From NCBI GenBank assembly GCA_945888525.1, contig CAMDAF010000005.1:34512-98511 (forward strand): a stretch of DNA of 64,000 nt. The letters run 5' to 3'. A program made the position numbers and the translations under genes. The notes under the pieces are model-generated. The model saw nothing but the letters and a program-made list of their open reading frames with translations. It was not told where the DNA came from and searched no databases. Shown here piece by piece: positions 1-9,696 of the stretch (position 1 is the first letter of the stretch; each line of letters opens with the position of its first letter). This stretch comes from Chitinophaga pinensis (GTDB lineage Bacteria; Bacteroidota; Bacteroidia; NS11-12g; UBA955).

Positions 1-2069
1 ATTCACTCTTACTTATCCCTGCATTTGTACTTTTAACACTTGCCTTTTGCTATAGAGAAACCAGTCAAAATGAAACCAAACTTTCACAAACCATAGTTGA
101 AATTTTAGAAAACTACCATTACGAACCACAAAAGATTAACGATAATTTTTCTGAAAAACTATTTGATCTTTATATAGACCGCTTAGATGCGGATAAACGA
201 TTTTTCTTGGCAAAAGACATCAAAGAGCTTTCGAAATTCAAAAAAGATCTAGATAATCAAGCCCGTAATGGTTCATATGTTTTTTTTGATGAAACAAATA
301 ATATGTATGCCGTAAGGATAGCACAAATTTCAAAGTGGAATCAAGATCTATTGGCCAAGCCATTTGATTTTAGACTAAAAGATCACTTTGTTTTTAACGA
401 AGACAGTGCCGAGTTCTTAAATAGCGAATCAGACCAAAAGCTTTTTTGGAGCAAAAGTTTAAAACAACAAGTTCTTGAAAAACTTGCCAGAAAAATGGAT
501 ATACAAGAAAAGGCTCTTGAAAGGAAGGATACTTTTGTAAAAGTTAAAGCATACGATACCCTTGAGGCTGAATCTAGAAGGGAAGTACTTAAAAATCAAA
601 TTGAGTGGTTTACGCGTTTGAAAAAATTTGACCGTACGGATCTATTGAGTATGTACATCAACTGCATAACTGAAATGTTTGACCCGCATACCAATTATTT
701 TCCACCAGCAGATAAAGAGAATTTCGATATCCGTATGTCAGGAAAGCTTGAAGGGATTGGTGCTCAGCTGCAAGAGAAAGATGGTTTTTTAAAAGTAGCT
801 GCCATTGTTCCTGGAAGCCCGAGCTATAAGCAAGGTCAACTAAAAGCCGGTGATATCATTTTGAAAGTGGCTCAAGGAAATGCAGAGCCAGTTGATGTCA
901 CCAATATGAAAATTGATGATGCCATCAAACTTATTCGCGGCAAAAAAGGAACAATTGTAAAATTAACAGTTAAAAAGCCTGACGAATCCTTAATCATAAT
1001 TCCAATTGTAAGGGATGTAGTTGTTATGGAAGATAGTTATGCCAAATCAGCAATAATTGAACACAATGGATTGAAATACGGTTATATCAATTTGCCAACT
1101 TTTTACGTCGACATGAACGATAGAAATGGGCGCTCATGTGCCAAAGACATGGCAATTGAAATTGAAAAATTAAAAAAGGACAATGTTAAAGGTATCATAT
1201 TAGACCTCAGAAACAATGGAGGTGGATCCTTAGGTGATGTTGTTGATATTGGAGGCTTGTTTATTGACAAAGGTCCTATGTCATTGGTTAAGTCGAGAGA
1301 TGCTAAACCAGAAGTGCTAGAAGATGAAGATGAAACGGTATTATGGGATGGAGCGCTTACTATTATGGTTAATGAAAACAGTGCTTCGGCGTCTGAAATT
1401 TTAGCCGCTGCTATGCAAGATTATAAAAGAGCGGCTATAATTGGAACGCCTACTTTTGGCAAAGGTACCGTTCAAAGGTTTATCGATCTTGACGATGCGT
1501 TTAGCACCAACTCGGATGAAATGCTAGGTTCTTTGAAAATCACCATTCAAAAATTTTACAGAATAAATGGCACCACCACTCAATTGGTTGGCGTTACACC
1601 TGATATCATTATGCCCGATCGATACCGATATCTTGAATTCGGAGAAAAAGAAAATAAGTATTCTTTGGGTTCAGATAAAATTCAAGCAGTGCCATACAAC
1701 ATCAGTAACAATAGGGAACTTGCCATAAAAAAGGCCATTATCAATAGCTCAAAACGCATTTCAGAAAGTGTTTTGTTTGCAGAAATCGAGCAGCTTGCGC
1801 GTAAAATTGAGAGACAAAACAAGAAAACTAGGTTTACTTTAAATTTAGAAGAATATAGAAAAGAAATGAAGCAGCTTGAAACAGACAATAAAAAGTATGA
1901 AGAAATGATTAAAGCAATTCAAACCTTTACCATTGTTAATGTTAGTGATGATGACAAGCAAATTGGCAGCGATGAAATCAAGAAAAAAATCAAAGCCGAT
2001 TGGAACAAATCATTCGAAAAAGACATCTATATTCAAGAGGCCGTTAACGTATTAAAAGATTTAAATTGA
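1..2069 (+). CDS. C-terminal processing (tail-specific) peptidase, S41 family; 5' end runs off the window
   Basis: The frame of ORF 207..2069 stays open back to nt 3 and encodes a signal/lipobox-like stretch (LLIPAFVLLTLAFC), so the TTG at 207 is not the true start. PDZ-like segment (GIGAQL...GSPSYKQGQLKAGDIILKV) followed by an S41 core (NENSASASEILAAAMQDY, GTPTFGKGTVQ). Confidence 0.85.
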   Translation, partial: SLLLIPAFVLLTLAFCYRETSQNETKLSQTIVEILENYHYEPQKINDNFSEKLFDLYIDRLDADKRFFLAKDIKELSKFKKDLDNQARNGSYVFFDETNNMYAVRIAQISKWNQDLLAKPFDFRLKDHFVFNEDSAEFLNSESDQKLFWSKSLKQQVLEKLARKMDIQEKALERKDTFVKVKAYDTLEAESRREVLKNQIEWFTRLKKFDRTDLLSMYINCITEMFDPHTNYFPPADKENFDIRMSGKLEGIGAQLQEKDGFLKVAAIVPGSPSYKQGQLKAGDIILKVAQGNAEPVDVTNMKIDDAIKLIRGKKGTIVKLTVKKPDESLIIIPIVRDVVVMEDSYAKSAIIEHNGLKYGYINLPTFYVDMNDRNGRSCAKDMAIEIEKLKKDNVKGIILDLRNNGGGSLGDVVDIGGLFIDKGPMSLVKSRDAKPEVLEDEDETVLWDGALTIMVNENSASASEILAAAMQDYKRAAIIGTPTFGKGTVQRFIDLDDAFSTNSDEMLGSLKITIQKFYRINGTTTQLVGVTPDIIMPDRYRYLEFGEKENKYSLGSDKIQAVPYNISNNRELAIKKAIINSSKRISESVLFAEIEQLARKIERQNKKTRFTLNLEEYRKEMKQLETDNKKYEEMIKAIQTFTIVNVSDDDKQIGSDEIKKKIKADWNKSFEKDIYIQEAVNVLKDLN

Positions 2070-2950
2070 TTTTAGAACAAGAATATCCTTGGAGCGATTA
2101 TGAACTAATCGATAGTGGTTTTGAAGAAAAACTAGAACGTTTTGGCAAATACATACTCATACGTCCTGAACCTCAAGCTTTGTGGCCCAAACAACTTTCA
2201 GACTCAGAGTGGCTGTCAAAAGCACATGGAAGATTTGTTCGTGACAATTCAAAAAAAAGCCACAGAGATTCCTTAAACGAAAATGGTGGATGGACCTTTT
2301 TTAAATCTGTTCCAAATTCTTGGGAATTAGAATACAAACCATTGGGTTTAAAACTTAAAGTTTCTTGCACCTCCTTTGGGCATCTTGGCGTTTTTGTAGA
2401 ACAAGTTAGCAATTGGCACTTTATTGATCAAGAAATTAAGCGTATTGGACATAAACCTAAAGTCCTCAATTTGTTTGCCTACACCGGCGCGGCAAGTATC
2501 GTTGCTGCAAATGCAGGAGCAGATACAACCCACTTAGACGCAGTTAAAAATATAGTGACTTGGGCTAATGAAAATAAACAATTATCTAAAGCCAATGACA
2601 TTCGTTGGCTGGTTGAAGATGCCTTCAAATTTGTGAAAAGGCAAGCCAATAAAGGAACCCTATACCAAGGAATTATCATTGATCCACCAGCATATGGGAG
2701 AGGACCAGGCGGCGAAAAATGGGTATTAGAGGAACAAATAAATGAACTCATTCATTATTGTGCCCAAATAACTGATTCATCTAATTGTTTTGTATTACTT
2801 AATTTATACAGCATGGGATTAAGCGGTACCATCGGTGTGAATTTGTTAAAGTCACATTTTAACCACAACGCAACTTGGGGTGAATCAATTGTGCCCTGTG
2901 CAACCGGGTTTAATTTGCCTTTATGCACTTGGGTGCGCTTAAGTAAATAA
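2066..2950 (+). CDS. class I SAM-dependent methyltransferase (RlmI/RlmK-like rRNA methyltransferase fold)
   Basis: SAM-binding motif LNLFAYTGAASIVAANAGA and catalytic-type IIIDPPAYGRG. TTG start overlaps the upstream stop (TTGA). Confidence 0.7.
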   Translation: MILEQEYPWSDYELIDSGFEEKLERFGKYILIRPEPQALWPKQLSDSEWLSKAHGRFVRDNSKKSHRDSLNENGGWTFFKSVPNSWELEYKPLGLKLKVSCTSFGHLGVFVEQVSNWHFIDQEIKRIGHKPKVLNLFAYTGAASIVAANAGADTTHLDAVKNIVTWANENKQLSKANDIRWLVEDAFKFVKRQANKGTLYQGIIIDPPAYGRGPGGEKWVLEEQINELIHYCAQITDSSNCFVLLNLYSMGLSGTIGVNLLKSHFNHNATWGESIVPCATGFNLPLCTWVRLSK

Positions 2951-3007
2951 TATGTATAAAATTCGGTTTAAATGAGCATGGTCATATTCTCATTTTCTCT
3001 TTAGAAT

Positions 3008-3015
3008 TAACTTTG
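3008..3015 (+). promoter_or_regulatory. Bacteroidota -7 box (TAACTTTG)
   Basis: Matches TAnnTTTG, 20 nt upstream of ATG 3035. Confidence 0.45.
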
Positions 3016-3034
3016 CTTCATAATATTATACATT

Positions 3035-3412
3035 ATGAAAGAATCAATCACACACCTCCATATTCTTTGCGAAGATTGGAAGAGAGAACTCAACTTTTTT
3101 GCTTTCGAAATCCCTATGTTAAGAAAGCGTCTTGAGGAAGTTGTACGCAGAAATACAAATAAAGATATTTTGAGTCAAGTTGAACACTTTGAGAATAAAT
3201 TTAAATTAATGGCTGGAAATACCGACGAATTATTGCACGATGTCAATCTTAAAAATGATGCATTAAATGCGCAAGCTCTGGCAAAAGCAAATTATATTAA
3301 TGTAAAGATGATTGAATCTGATCAAAATTTAGAAGATTTAATGGCCATTACGTCTAAAGATTTTTACGATACTAAGAAATCCTATTACAAGTTTTTATCA
3401 AAAGTGATGTAA
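3035..3412 (+). CDS. hypothetical protein (125 aa, predicted helical, no recognised motif)
   Basis: ATG ORF 20 nt downstream of a TAACTTTG -7 box and followed by a hairpin terminator. No family recognised. Confidence 0.5.
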   Translation: MKESITHLHILCEDWKRELNFFAFEIPMLRKRLEEVVRRNTNKDILSQVEHFENKFKLMAGNTDELLHDVNLKNDALNAQALAKANYINVKMIESDQNLEDLMAITSKDFYDTKKSYYKFLSKVM

Positions 3413-3432
3413 TACTTACAAAGTGAATTTCC

Positions 3433-3464
3433 AAAGCCATTCTTTTAAAGGATGGCTTTTCTTA
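3433..3464 (+). terminator. rho-independent terminator after 3035..3412 (overlaps the last codons of convergent kdsA)
   Basis: aaagccattc-ttttaaa-ggatggcttt: 10-bp stem with one G-U pair, followed by ttcttatttt. Confidence 0.6.
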
Positions 3465-4257
3465 TTTTAAGAAGTTTCTCCATTAATGGCTCCAATAAAT
3501 CAATTTGCAACATGTTTGCACCATCGCTTTTCGCTTCATTTGGCCTCGGATGTGTTTCGATAAATAATCCGTCCGCACCAACGGCTATTGCTGCTTTGGC
3601 TATAGTCTCTATCATTTCAGGTAAGCCTCCAGTAACGCCTGAACTTTGATTGGGTTGCTGCAAACTGTGTGTGATATCCATTATCACAGGAAAGCCCATT
3701 GCCTTCATCCATGTGATGTTTCTGAAATCAACCACCATGTCAGAATAACCAAACATATTGCCTCGGTCTGTTAACATGATTTTATCGCTTCCACTGTCCA
3801 TTACTTTTTGAGACGCATGACTCATGGCACTAGCCGCCGCAAATTGGCCTTTTTTAATGTTTACAAATTTTCCGGTATTTGCAGCCGCAAGTAATAATTC
3901 GGTTTGTCTGAATAAAAATGCGGGTATCTGCAAAACGTCAACATACTTAGCGGCCAATTCAGCCTCGTGTGTTTCATGTATATCTGTAACAGTAGGCACT
4001 TGGTAGTGCTTGCCAACTTTACTTAATATGCCCAAAGCCAATTCATCCCCAATACCTGTAAATGAATCCAATTTTGACCTGTTCGCTTTTCTGTACGAGC
4101 CTTTAAATATCCAAGGAATCTCAAGTTTGTTGCTTATTGAGTTTATCTTATCTGCGATTTCAAAGGCAATTTCTTCGCCCTCAATTGCACATGGTCCTGC
4201 CATGATGAAAAAATTATTGCTTGAAGTGTGTTTTAATCCAGGAATATTTGGTAACAT
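3445..4257 (-). CDS. kdsA: 3-deoxy-8-phosphooctulonate synthase (KDO-8-P synthase)
   Basis: Co-linear with E. coli KdsA motifs: FKGSYRKANRS, VTDIHE, LQIPAFLFRQTELL, NIKKGQF, DRGNMFGY, DITHSLQ, GLFIETHPRPNEAKSDG. Confidence 0.93.
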   Translation of the reverse strand: MLPNIPGLKHTSSNNFFIMAGPCAIEGEEIAFEIADKINSISNKLEIPWIFKGSYRKANRSKLDSFTGIGDELALGILSKVGKHYQVPTVTDIHETHEAELAAKYVDVLQIPAFLFRQTELLLAAANTGKFVNIKKGQFAAASAMSHASQKVMDSGSDKIMLTDRGNMFGYSDMVVDFRNITWMKAMGFPVIMDITHSLQQPNQSSGVTGGLPEMIETIAKAAIAVGADGLFIETHPRPNEAKSDGANMLQIDLLEPLMEKLLKIRKAIL

Positions 4258-4306
4258 AATGAACTACAAATTTAAAGATATTCAATTAAAACAAACCCAA
4301 GAATTA

Positions 4307-6058
4307 TTACCTTATTTGAAACGTTTTTTGAAATGTTCCATTTGCAGTCACAAATACGAGTTCGAAATTGCTTAATTGCCATTTTTTGCGCCTAAGTCGC
4401 TTTTTCGACAAAAAGAATTGCAACATCAAATCACTTTCTAATACTTCACCCTTTTGTAAGGTATAGATCTTCTTGTATACCGTTTTTCTTTTGCCTTTGA
4501 TGCTTGTATTGATGTGTAATCTTACATTCTGAATATGCGATGAAACAAAATATATATTTAAATCTTGTAAAAAAGTTGCGTTTTTATTAATCCAATATAA
4601 GTCTTCATTGATGGCTGTAAATCCACTGAGAAATCTTGCAGCCAATGCAAAATCAGGTATACCATAGCCAAAAAACGAGTCCGGAATATGTCTATGTGTT
4701 GACGATCTAACTAAAGCATTTTTTATCGAATCTAATGGACAATTTGGATGTAAATACATGAGCTGGGCAACTGCACCGGAAAATATTGGGGTCGAATACG
4801 AGGTTCCATTTCCAGCATAAAAACCATTGGCAGAAGCGACATTAACCTTGTAGCCTGCAACCAAGAAATTTGGTTTAACGCGTCCATCAATTGTAGGCCC
4901 CATTGAACTAAATTTTGCATAATTACCTTCGCCATCACAAGCCCCAATGCTTAAAACATCCTGAGCGTCCGCAGGAAATCCAATATGTCTCCAGGCATGA
5001 TTACCCTCGTTTCCGGCACTTACAACAACCATTATGCCTTTTTGATGGGCTTTGTTTGCAGCTTTACTTATGATACTTGAATCCCCTGTTGTTTCCTGGT
5101 AAGAATGGTTCAAAATATTTTCGTCAAATGAATGGTAACCTACTGATGCTGAAATCAAATCAACACCTAGGCTATCGACAAATTCAGCGGCCAATAGCCA
5201 GTTCACTTCTTCTGTTAATGACTCCAAATTGGCATTTTCTGTTCTTATCAAAGTGTAGTTAGCGAAGGGTGCAGATCCTATATAATTGCCCGGATTGTAG
5301 GTTTTCAGAAATCCAAGTACATTGCATCCATGCTGATCGTCTTCCCAGACGCTGTTGTCGTGGTCCACAAAATCTCGAACAATTAGACCACTGTCGAGCA
5401 AATCTTCCATACCTTTAATTTTATATGCATTGTGAAACCCAGCATCAAAGACGGCAATATGAAAACCACTCATTTTGCCAGATAGGGCGCTGATGGTAGG
5501 TAGTCCAATCGCTTTGTTATGGTCGAATGACTTTCCGTAATCTTTTTCACTAAATGCACAGACATTACTGTCTTTTTTAAATGACATCAGCTTTTGTGAT
5601 TCTGTATAAAAGTATTTGTCGACCTCATTACTATCGTTTTTGACATTGTTTTTTTCTAGAATGCCAAGGTACTTAATGCCTTTTACATCCGGCAATTCGG
5701 ATATTTTGTTTAAAATAGAATTGATTTGCTGATTTGAATACCCATCAAATTTATCAATTGAAACCTCAAGACCATTAAGCCATTTGCTTATTCCTATTAT
5801 TTTAATTCCTGAAATACGTTTAATGGATTCAATGTATTCAAGGTTAACTGGAAGGTCTGTACTGTCAATTTGGATGCTGAATTTCTCTCTTCTTTTGATT
5901 GCCTTATAGGATAAGAATTCTTCAGGTCTGCTGATATTGAAGCTTGATTTTTTGTTCTTTAAATATATAAAATAATAGACACTAGAGTCTTTATAATGTG
6001 CAATTAAAGGATTGAAAACGGCAAGAAAAAAAACAATTATTGTAAACCTAAGGAACAT
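4307..6058 (-). CDS. S8 family (subtilisin-like) serine peptidase with N-terminal signal and long C-terminal tail
   Basis: Asp/His/Ser triad in subtilase order: VFDAGF ... HGCNVLGF ... GNGTSYSTP. Hydrophobic N-terminus. ATG overlaps the upstream gene by 11 nt. Confidence 0.85.
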   Translation of the reverse strand: MFLRFTIIVFFLAVFNPLIAHYKDSSVYYFIYLKNKKSSFNISRPEEFLSYKAIKRREKFSIQIDSTDLPVNLEYIESIKRISGIKIIGISKWLNGLEVSIDKFDGYSNQQINSILNKISELPDVKGIKYLGILEKNNVKNDSNEVDKYFYTESQKLMSFKKDSNVCAFSEKDYGKSFDHNKAIGLPTISALSGKMSGFHIAVFDAGFHNAYKIKGMEDLLDSGLIVRDFVDHDNSVWEDDQHGCNVLGFLKTYNPGNYIGSAPFANYTLIRTENANLESLTEEVNWLLAAEFVDSLGVDLISASVGYHSFDENILNHSYQETTGDSSIISKAANKAHQKGIMVVVSAGNEGNHAWRHIGFPADAQDVLSIGACDGEGNYAKFSSMGPTIDGRVKPNFLVAGYKVNVASANGFYAGNGTSYSTPIFSGAVAQLMYLHPNCPLDSIKNALVRSSTHRHIPDSFFGYGIPDFALAARFLSGFTAINEDLYWINKNATFLQDLNIYFVSSHIQNVRLHINTSIKGKRKTVYKKIYTLQKGEVLESDLMLQFFLSKKRLRRKKWQLSNFELVFVTANGTFQKTFQIR

Positions 6059-6713
6059 GCTTTAATAATTTATAGTTAATTCGTTTGCCTCTCTGCAGTG
6101 TTCCAATTTTATCAATAAATACGATGGTTTTGTATGCCAATCCAATGTGTTTGACATAAACTTCTTTATACGCCCTTTCTTTAATAGAATTGCTCACTGT
6201 AGCACTTTCTACTGTAATAGAGCTGTCGTACTTTATAGTGTTAAGGCTGTATGGTTTGTGAAAAGAGGTGTAAAATACATTGTTGACATATTCCATATTA
6301 AATTCATTTGAATTCCATACCGCGTCGTAAGTAATAGGGAAGGATAAAATGGATTTTCTTGTGTTGTTTTCTATTCTCTCAATCGAATGTATATCAATGG
6401 AGGTGTACCAAGTGTTCAAATAAGACCAGTTTGCGGTATCATTGTTTCTGCTGTATCTGTCAATTCGGATTGAATTTCGACCTAGCTTGTCTTTGAATAA
6501 CGATTCATTTAATTCTTTCAATTGATAGCTAATTGTGTCAATCGTGTTTTTGAAATCGTCATAGATAATTTCTTGCACTGAAAATTCAGAGTATGAACCA
6601 ATTTTATTCGATACATAGTTCTTGTTATTTGAATAATCTATGCTTTCAAATTTATCTTTCTGACAAGCAAAAAAGAACAACAAAAACAGGATATATACGA
6701 AGTCTAACCTCAA
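6048..6713 (-). CDS. hypothetical lipoprotein, paralog B of a tandem pair
   Basis: Lipobox LFFFAC. Clear similarity to the upstream gene (NKIGSYSEFSVQEIIYDDFKNTIDT vs SKIGSIHYFQIDTVVYDLFKRKIDT; YVKHIGLAYK vs YAKDIGLVYR). TTG start overlaps the upstream stop (TTGA). Confidence 0.65.
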   Translation of the reverse strand: MRLDFVYILFLLFFFACQKDKFESIDYSNNKNYVSNKIGSYSEFSVQEIIYDDFKNTIDTISYQLKELNESLFKDKLGRNSIRIDRYSRNNDTANWSYLNTWYTSIDIHSIERIENNTRKSILSFPITYDAVWNSNEFNMEYVNNVFYTSFHKPYSLNTIKYDSSITVESATVSNSIKERAYKEVYVKHIGLAYKTIVFIDKIGTLQRGKRINYKLLKHVP

Positions 6714-7390
6714 TTCTTTAATCTGACGGTGGTAATGCTTCCGCTTAAGAAACTAGAATCATCAAGGGAATTAGTGTTCTCCAAATATCGGTACACCAAT
6801 CCAATATCCTTGGCATAAACCTCTACCCTCGTTATATTTACCCTACCAATTTGGGGCTTGTTCATTTTAACTGAAACACAATTGTTGTATGGATTAATTC
6901 CATTGTAAAAACTTGTAAAGACAGAAGTAAATTTAACTGATAATGGATCGTAATTATTGAACATATTGACGTCCCACGTATACGAAGATCCTTTTGTTTT
7001 GTATGAAGCAATTGGAAAGATCATTTTTAGTTCGGTGACGTTATCCAATTGTTCAAACGCATAATTCGCTGTGATTTTTCGCTCAAAAGACCGAAAAACT
7101 TCCCATTTGACGGTGTTGTCGTTGTATCGACTTAATTCAACTCTATAGATAGTATCATTGCTTGCGTCTGTAAATTTTTCGACTACTTCTTCTCTCACAA
7201 TGCTTGAAAATGTATCGATTTTCCTTTTGAACAAATCGTACACCACCGTATCAATTTGAAAATAATGAATGCTACCAATTTTACTTGGAAAATATTCTAC
7301 GCCTTTTGAGACCGTCTCTTCTGAGCTTGTCTGGCAAGAATAAATGGTCAATATTAAAGACAAGCAAAAAAATAAGCGGGTATTATTCAT
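6710..7390 (-). CDS. hypothetical lipoprotein, paralog A of a tandem pair
   Basis: Start moved to the ATG at 7390 (MNNTRLFFCLSLILTIYSC lipobox). A TAAATTTG -7 box (7402..7409, minus strand) lies 12 nt upstream. The longer ORF-track start would overlap folD. Confidence 0.65.
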   Translation of the reverse strand: MNNTRLFFCLSLILTIYSCQTSSEETVSKGVEYFPSKIGSIHYFQIDTVVYDLFKRKIDTFSSIVREEVVEKFTDASNDTIYRVELSRYNDNTVKWEVFRSFERKITANYAFEQLDNVTELKMIFPIASYKTKGSSYTWDVNMFNNYDPLSVKFTSVFTSFYNGINPYNNCVSVKMNKPQIGRVNITRVEVYAKDIGLVYRYLENTNSLDDSSFLSGSITTVRLKN

Positions 7391-7401
7391 ATTTAGCGTT
7401 A

Positions 7402-7409
7402 CAAATTTA
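7402..7409 (-). promoter_or_regulatory. Bacteroidota -7 box (TAAATTTG on minus strand) for the lipoprotein-lipoprotein-S8 operon
   Basis: Plus strand CAAATTTA, 12 nt upstream of ATG 7390. Confidence 0.45.
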
Positions 7410-7451
7410 CGCATAAACAGCAAATTCAACGTAATATTGCAGTAATTTTTT

Positions 7452-8333
7452 ATGACACTATTGGACGGCAAACAGACAGCTCAATTCATTAAGGATGAAA
7501 TTCGCACTGAATTGGAGTTAATCACTATTAAAGGATTTAGAAAACCACATTTGGTTGCAATACTTGTGGGAAATGATGGCGCTAGCAGAACCTATGTAGA
7601 CAGCAAAGAAAGAAATAGCATAGCTTTGGGATTTAATTCTACGGTTGTTCGCCTGCCTGAATTAACCAGTCAAGATGAATTAACTGCAATTGTCAAGAAA
7701 TACAATACTGACCCTGAAATTGATGGAATAATTGTTCAGTCGCCGCTTCCTACACATATTGACGAAAAAACAATCACTCAAACCATTGATCCCAATAAAG
7801 ATGTCGATGGTTTTCATGACATCAATATGGGCAAATTGGCCAAAGGTGATGAAGGATTTGTTTCAGCTACCCCACTTGGAATTACCATGATGCTTAAAGC
7901 ATATAACATCCAAACATCAGGGAAGCATTGTGTTGTCGTTGGGCGCAGCAATATTGTTGGAAGACCTATGAGTCTATTAATGTCTGCCAATACCAAATTC
8001 GGAAATTCTACAGTTACTTTATGCCACAGTAAAACGGCCGATATCGCAAGCTATACAAAACAGGCAGATATTCTTATAGTTGCCTTAGGTAAACCTGGAT
8101 TCATAAATGCAGATATGGTTAAACCAGGAGCAATTGTTATTGATGTTGGTATAACAAGGATCGATGACACAAATAGAAAATCCGGATTTTATCTGAGAGG
8201 GGATGTGGATTTTGATTCGGTAAAAAATGTAGCATCCTATTTAACGCCAGTGCCTGGTGGAGTTGGACTAATGACCATCGCTGCTTTGTTAAGCAATACA
8301 TTTAAAGCATACAAACTTCATTTGGGACTATGA
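7452..8333 (+). CDS. folD: bifunctional methylenetetrahydrofolate dehydrogenase / methenyltetrahydrofolate cyclohydrolase
   Basis: Typical FolD layout: LDGK N-terminus, VGNDGASRTYV, DGIIVQSPLP, VVVGRSNIVGRPM, PVPGGVGLMT. Confidence 0.93.
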   Translation: MTLLDGKQTAQFIKDEIRTELELITIKGFRKPHLVAILVGNDGASRTYVDSKERNSIALGFNSTVVRLPELTSQDELTAIVKKYNTDPEIDGIIVQSPLPTHIDEKTITQTIDPNKDVDGFHDINMGKLAKGDEGFVSATPLGITMMLKAYNIQTSGKHCVVVGRSNIVGRPMSLLMSANTKFGNSTVTLCHSKTADIASYTKQADILIVALGKPGFINADMVKPGAIVIDVGITRIDDTNRKSGFYLRGDVDFDSVKNVASYLTPVPGGVGLMTIAALLSNTFKAYKLHLGL

Positions 8334-8941
8334 GCAATCTCGATGTTTTATATCCTGTTATGGAACATTTTTACACCATCCAAGGTGAAGGTTACTATAC
8401 TGGACATGCAGCATACTTCGTTCGCCTTGGCGGATGCAACGTCGGTTGTGTGTGGTGCGATGTAAAAGAAAGTTGGGATATTGACGCGCATCCTAAAATT
8501 TCTGTTCGAGAAATTATTGATAAAGTTACAAAAAGTGGAACCAAAATATGTGTGATTACAGGCGGTGAACCTGCTATGCACGATTTGAACCCTTTAATTG
8601 ACGAACTTAAATCAATTAACATTCGCTCGCATATAGAAACTTCAGGCGCTTACCCTTTGTTAGGAAATCCAGATTGGATATGTCTTTCCCCTAAAAAATT
8701 TAAATTTCCAATCCCCGAAACCTTAGCAATTGCAGATGAATTTAAACCAATTGTATTTCATCATAGCGATATATTATGGGCAGAGTCTTTTATCCAAAGC
8801 CTTAGCTCAAATTGTAAATTATACCTGCAAACTGAATGGTCTAAATCAGATTTAAATTTGCCGTTAATCATTGATTACGTCAAATCCAATCCCCAATGGA
8901 AGATTTCATTGCAAACCCATAAATATTTGAATATACCATAG
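8330..8941 (+). CDS. queE: 7-carboxy-7-deazaguanine synthase (radical SAM)
   Basis: TIQGEG motif and radical-SAM cluster CNVGCVWCD. Size typical for QueE. ATG overlaps the folD stop (ATGA). Confidence 0.85.
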   Translation: MSNLDVLYPVMEHFYTIQGEGYYTGHAAYFVRLGGCNVGCVWCDVKESWDIDAHPKISVREIIDKVTKSGTKICVITGGEPAMHDLNPLIDELKSINIRSHIETSGAYPLLGNPDWICLSPKKFKFPIPETLAIADEFKPIVFHHSDILWAESFIQSLSSNCKLYLQTEWSKSDLNLPLIIDYVKSNPQWKISLQTHKYLNIP

Positions 8942-9043
8942 GCCTCATTTAACTGTAAAAAAACGAAAACTATCAGCAGTTAATGTCGCAAAATCTAGTC
9001 TTTGTAATTTCAGTTTTATTTCAGCAAATTTGCATTATACAAA

Positions 9044-9643
9044 ATGAAAAATAGTCCTTCTGGAAATACTTGGCTTAAAACAATACTCTTAGCAGCAATT
9101 GTTTTGGCAGTTTATCTTTTTCTTTCAATGGTTTTGACCAGTTGGTACACCAGACATGGCCAAAGCATTAAAGTGCCTAAAGTATCGGGAATGTCTATTG
9201 ATAATGCAACAGATATACTTGATGACAATGATTTGGAGTTAGTTATTATGGACTCTGTTTACAACGAGGACATGAAACCTAACACGATCGTGGAGCAAGA
9301 TCCGAAGCCTGATTTGTCTGTTAAACCAGGTCGGAAAATCTACGTAACTGTAAACACTGGCATCATTCCAAAAGTTAAAATGCCTAAATTGATAAATGGA
9401 TCGTCCAATTTAGCCAAAGTATTGCTTCAAAATTCAGGCTTGAAATTAGGACGTGTAGATTCAGTTAATAGCACCTTTGGTCCAGGATTGGTTATAAGTC
9501 AGAAGTTTAAAGGCCACGATATTGCACCCAATACCCAACTTGAAAAAGGGGCCATTATAGATATTGTCGTGTCTAAAAAAATGTCTTTGGCCGACACCAA
9601 TACAATCGATGCGACAGTCTATGAAACAAATGAAGGATTGTAA
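9044..9643 (+). CDS. stand-alone PASTA domain protein with one N-terminal TM helix
   Basis: TM segment LKTILLAAIVLAVYLFLSMVL followed by two about 65-aa PASTA-like repeats (VPKVSGMSIDNATDIL... and MPKLINGSSNLAKVLL...). No kinase or PBP domain. Confidence 0.7.
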   Translation: MKNSPSGNTWLKTILLAAIVLAVYLFLSMVLTSWYTRHGQSIKVPKVSGMSIDNATDILDDNDLELVIMDSVYNEDMKPNTIVEQDPKPDLSVKPGRKIYVTVNTGIIPKVKMPKLINGSSNLAKVLLQNSGLKLGRVDSVNSTFGPGLVISQKFKGHDIAPNTQLEKGAIIDIVVSKKMSLADTNTIDATVYETNEGL

Positions 9644-9696
9644 TTTTTATTTCAAACAAACAATAAATGCATAAATATAAAGTTACTTTGACATCT

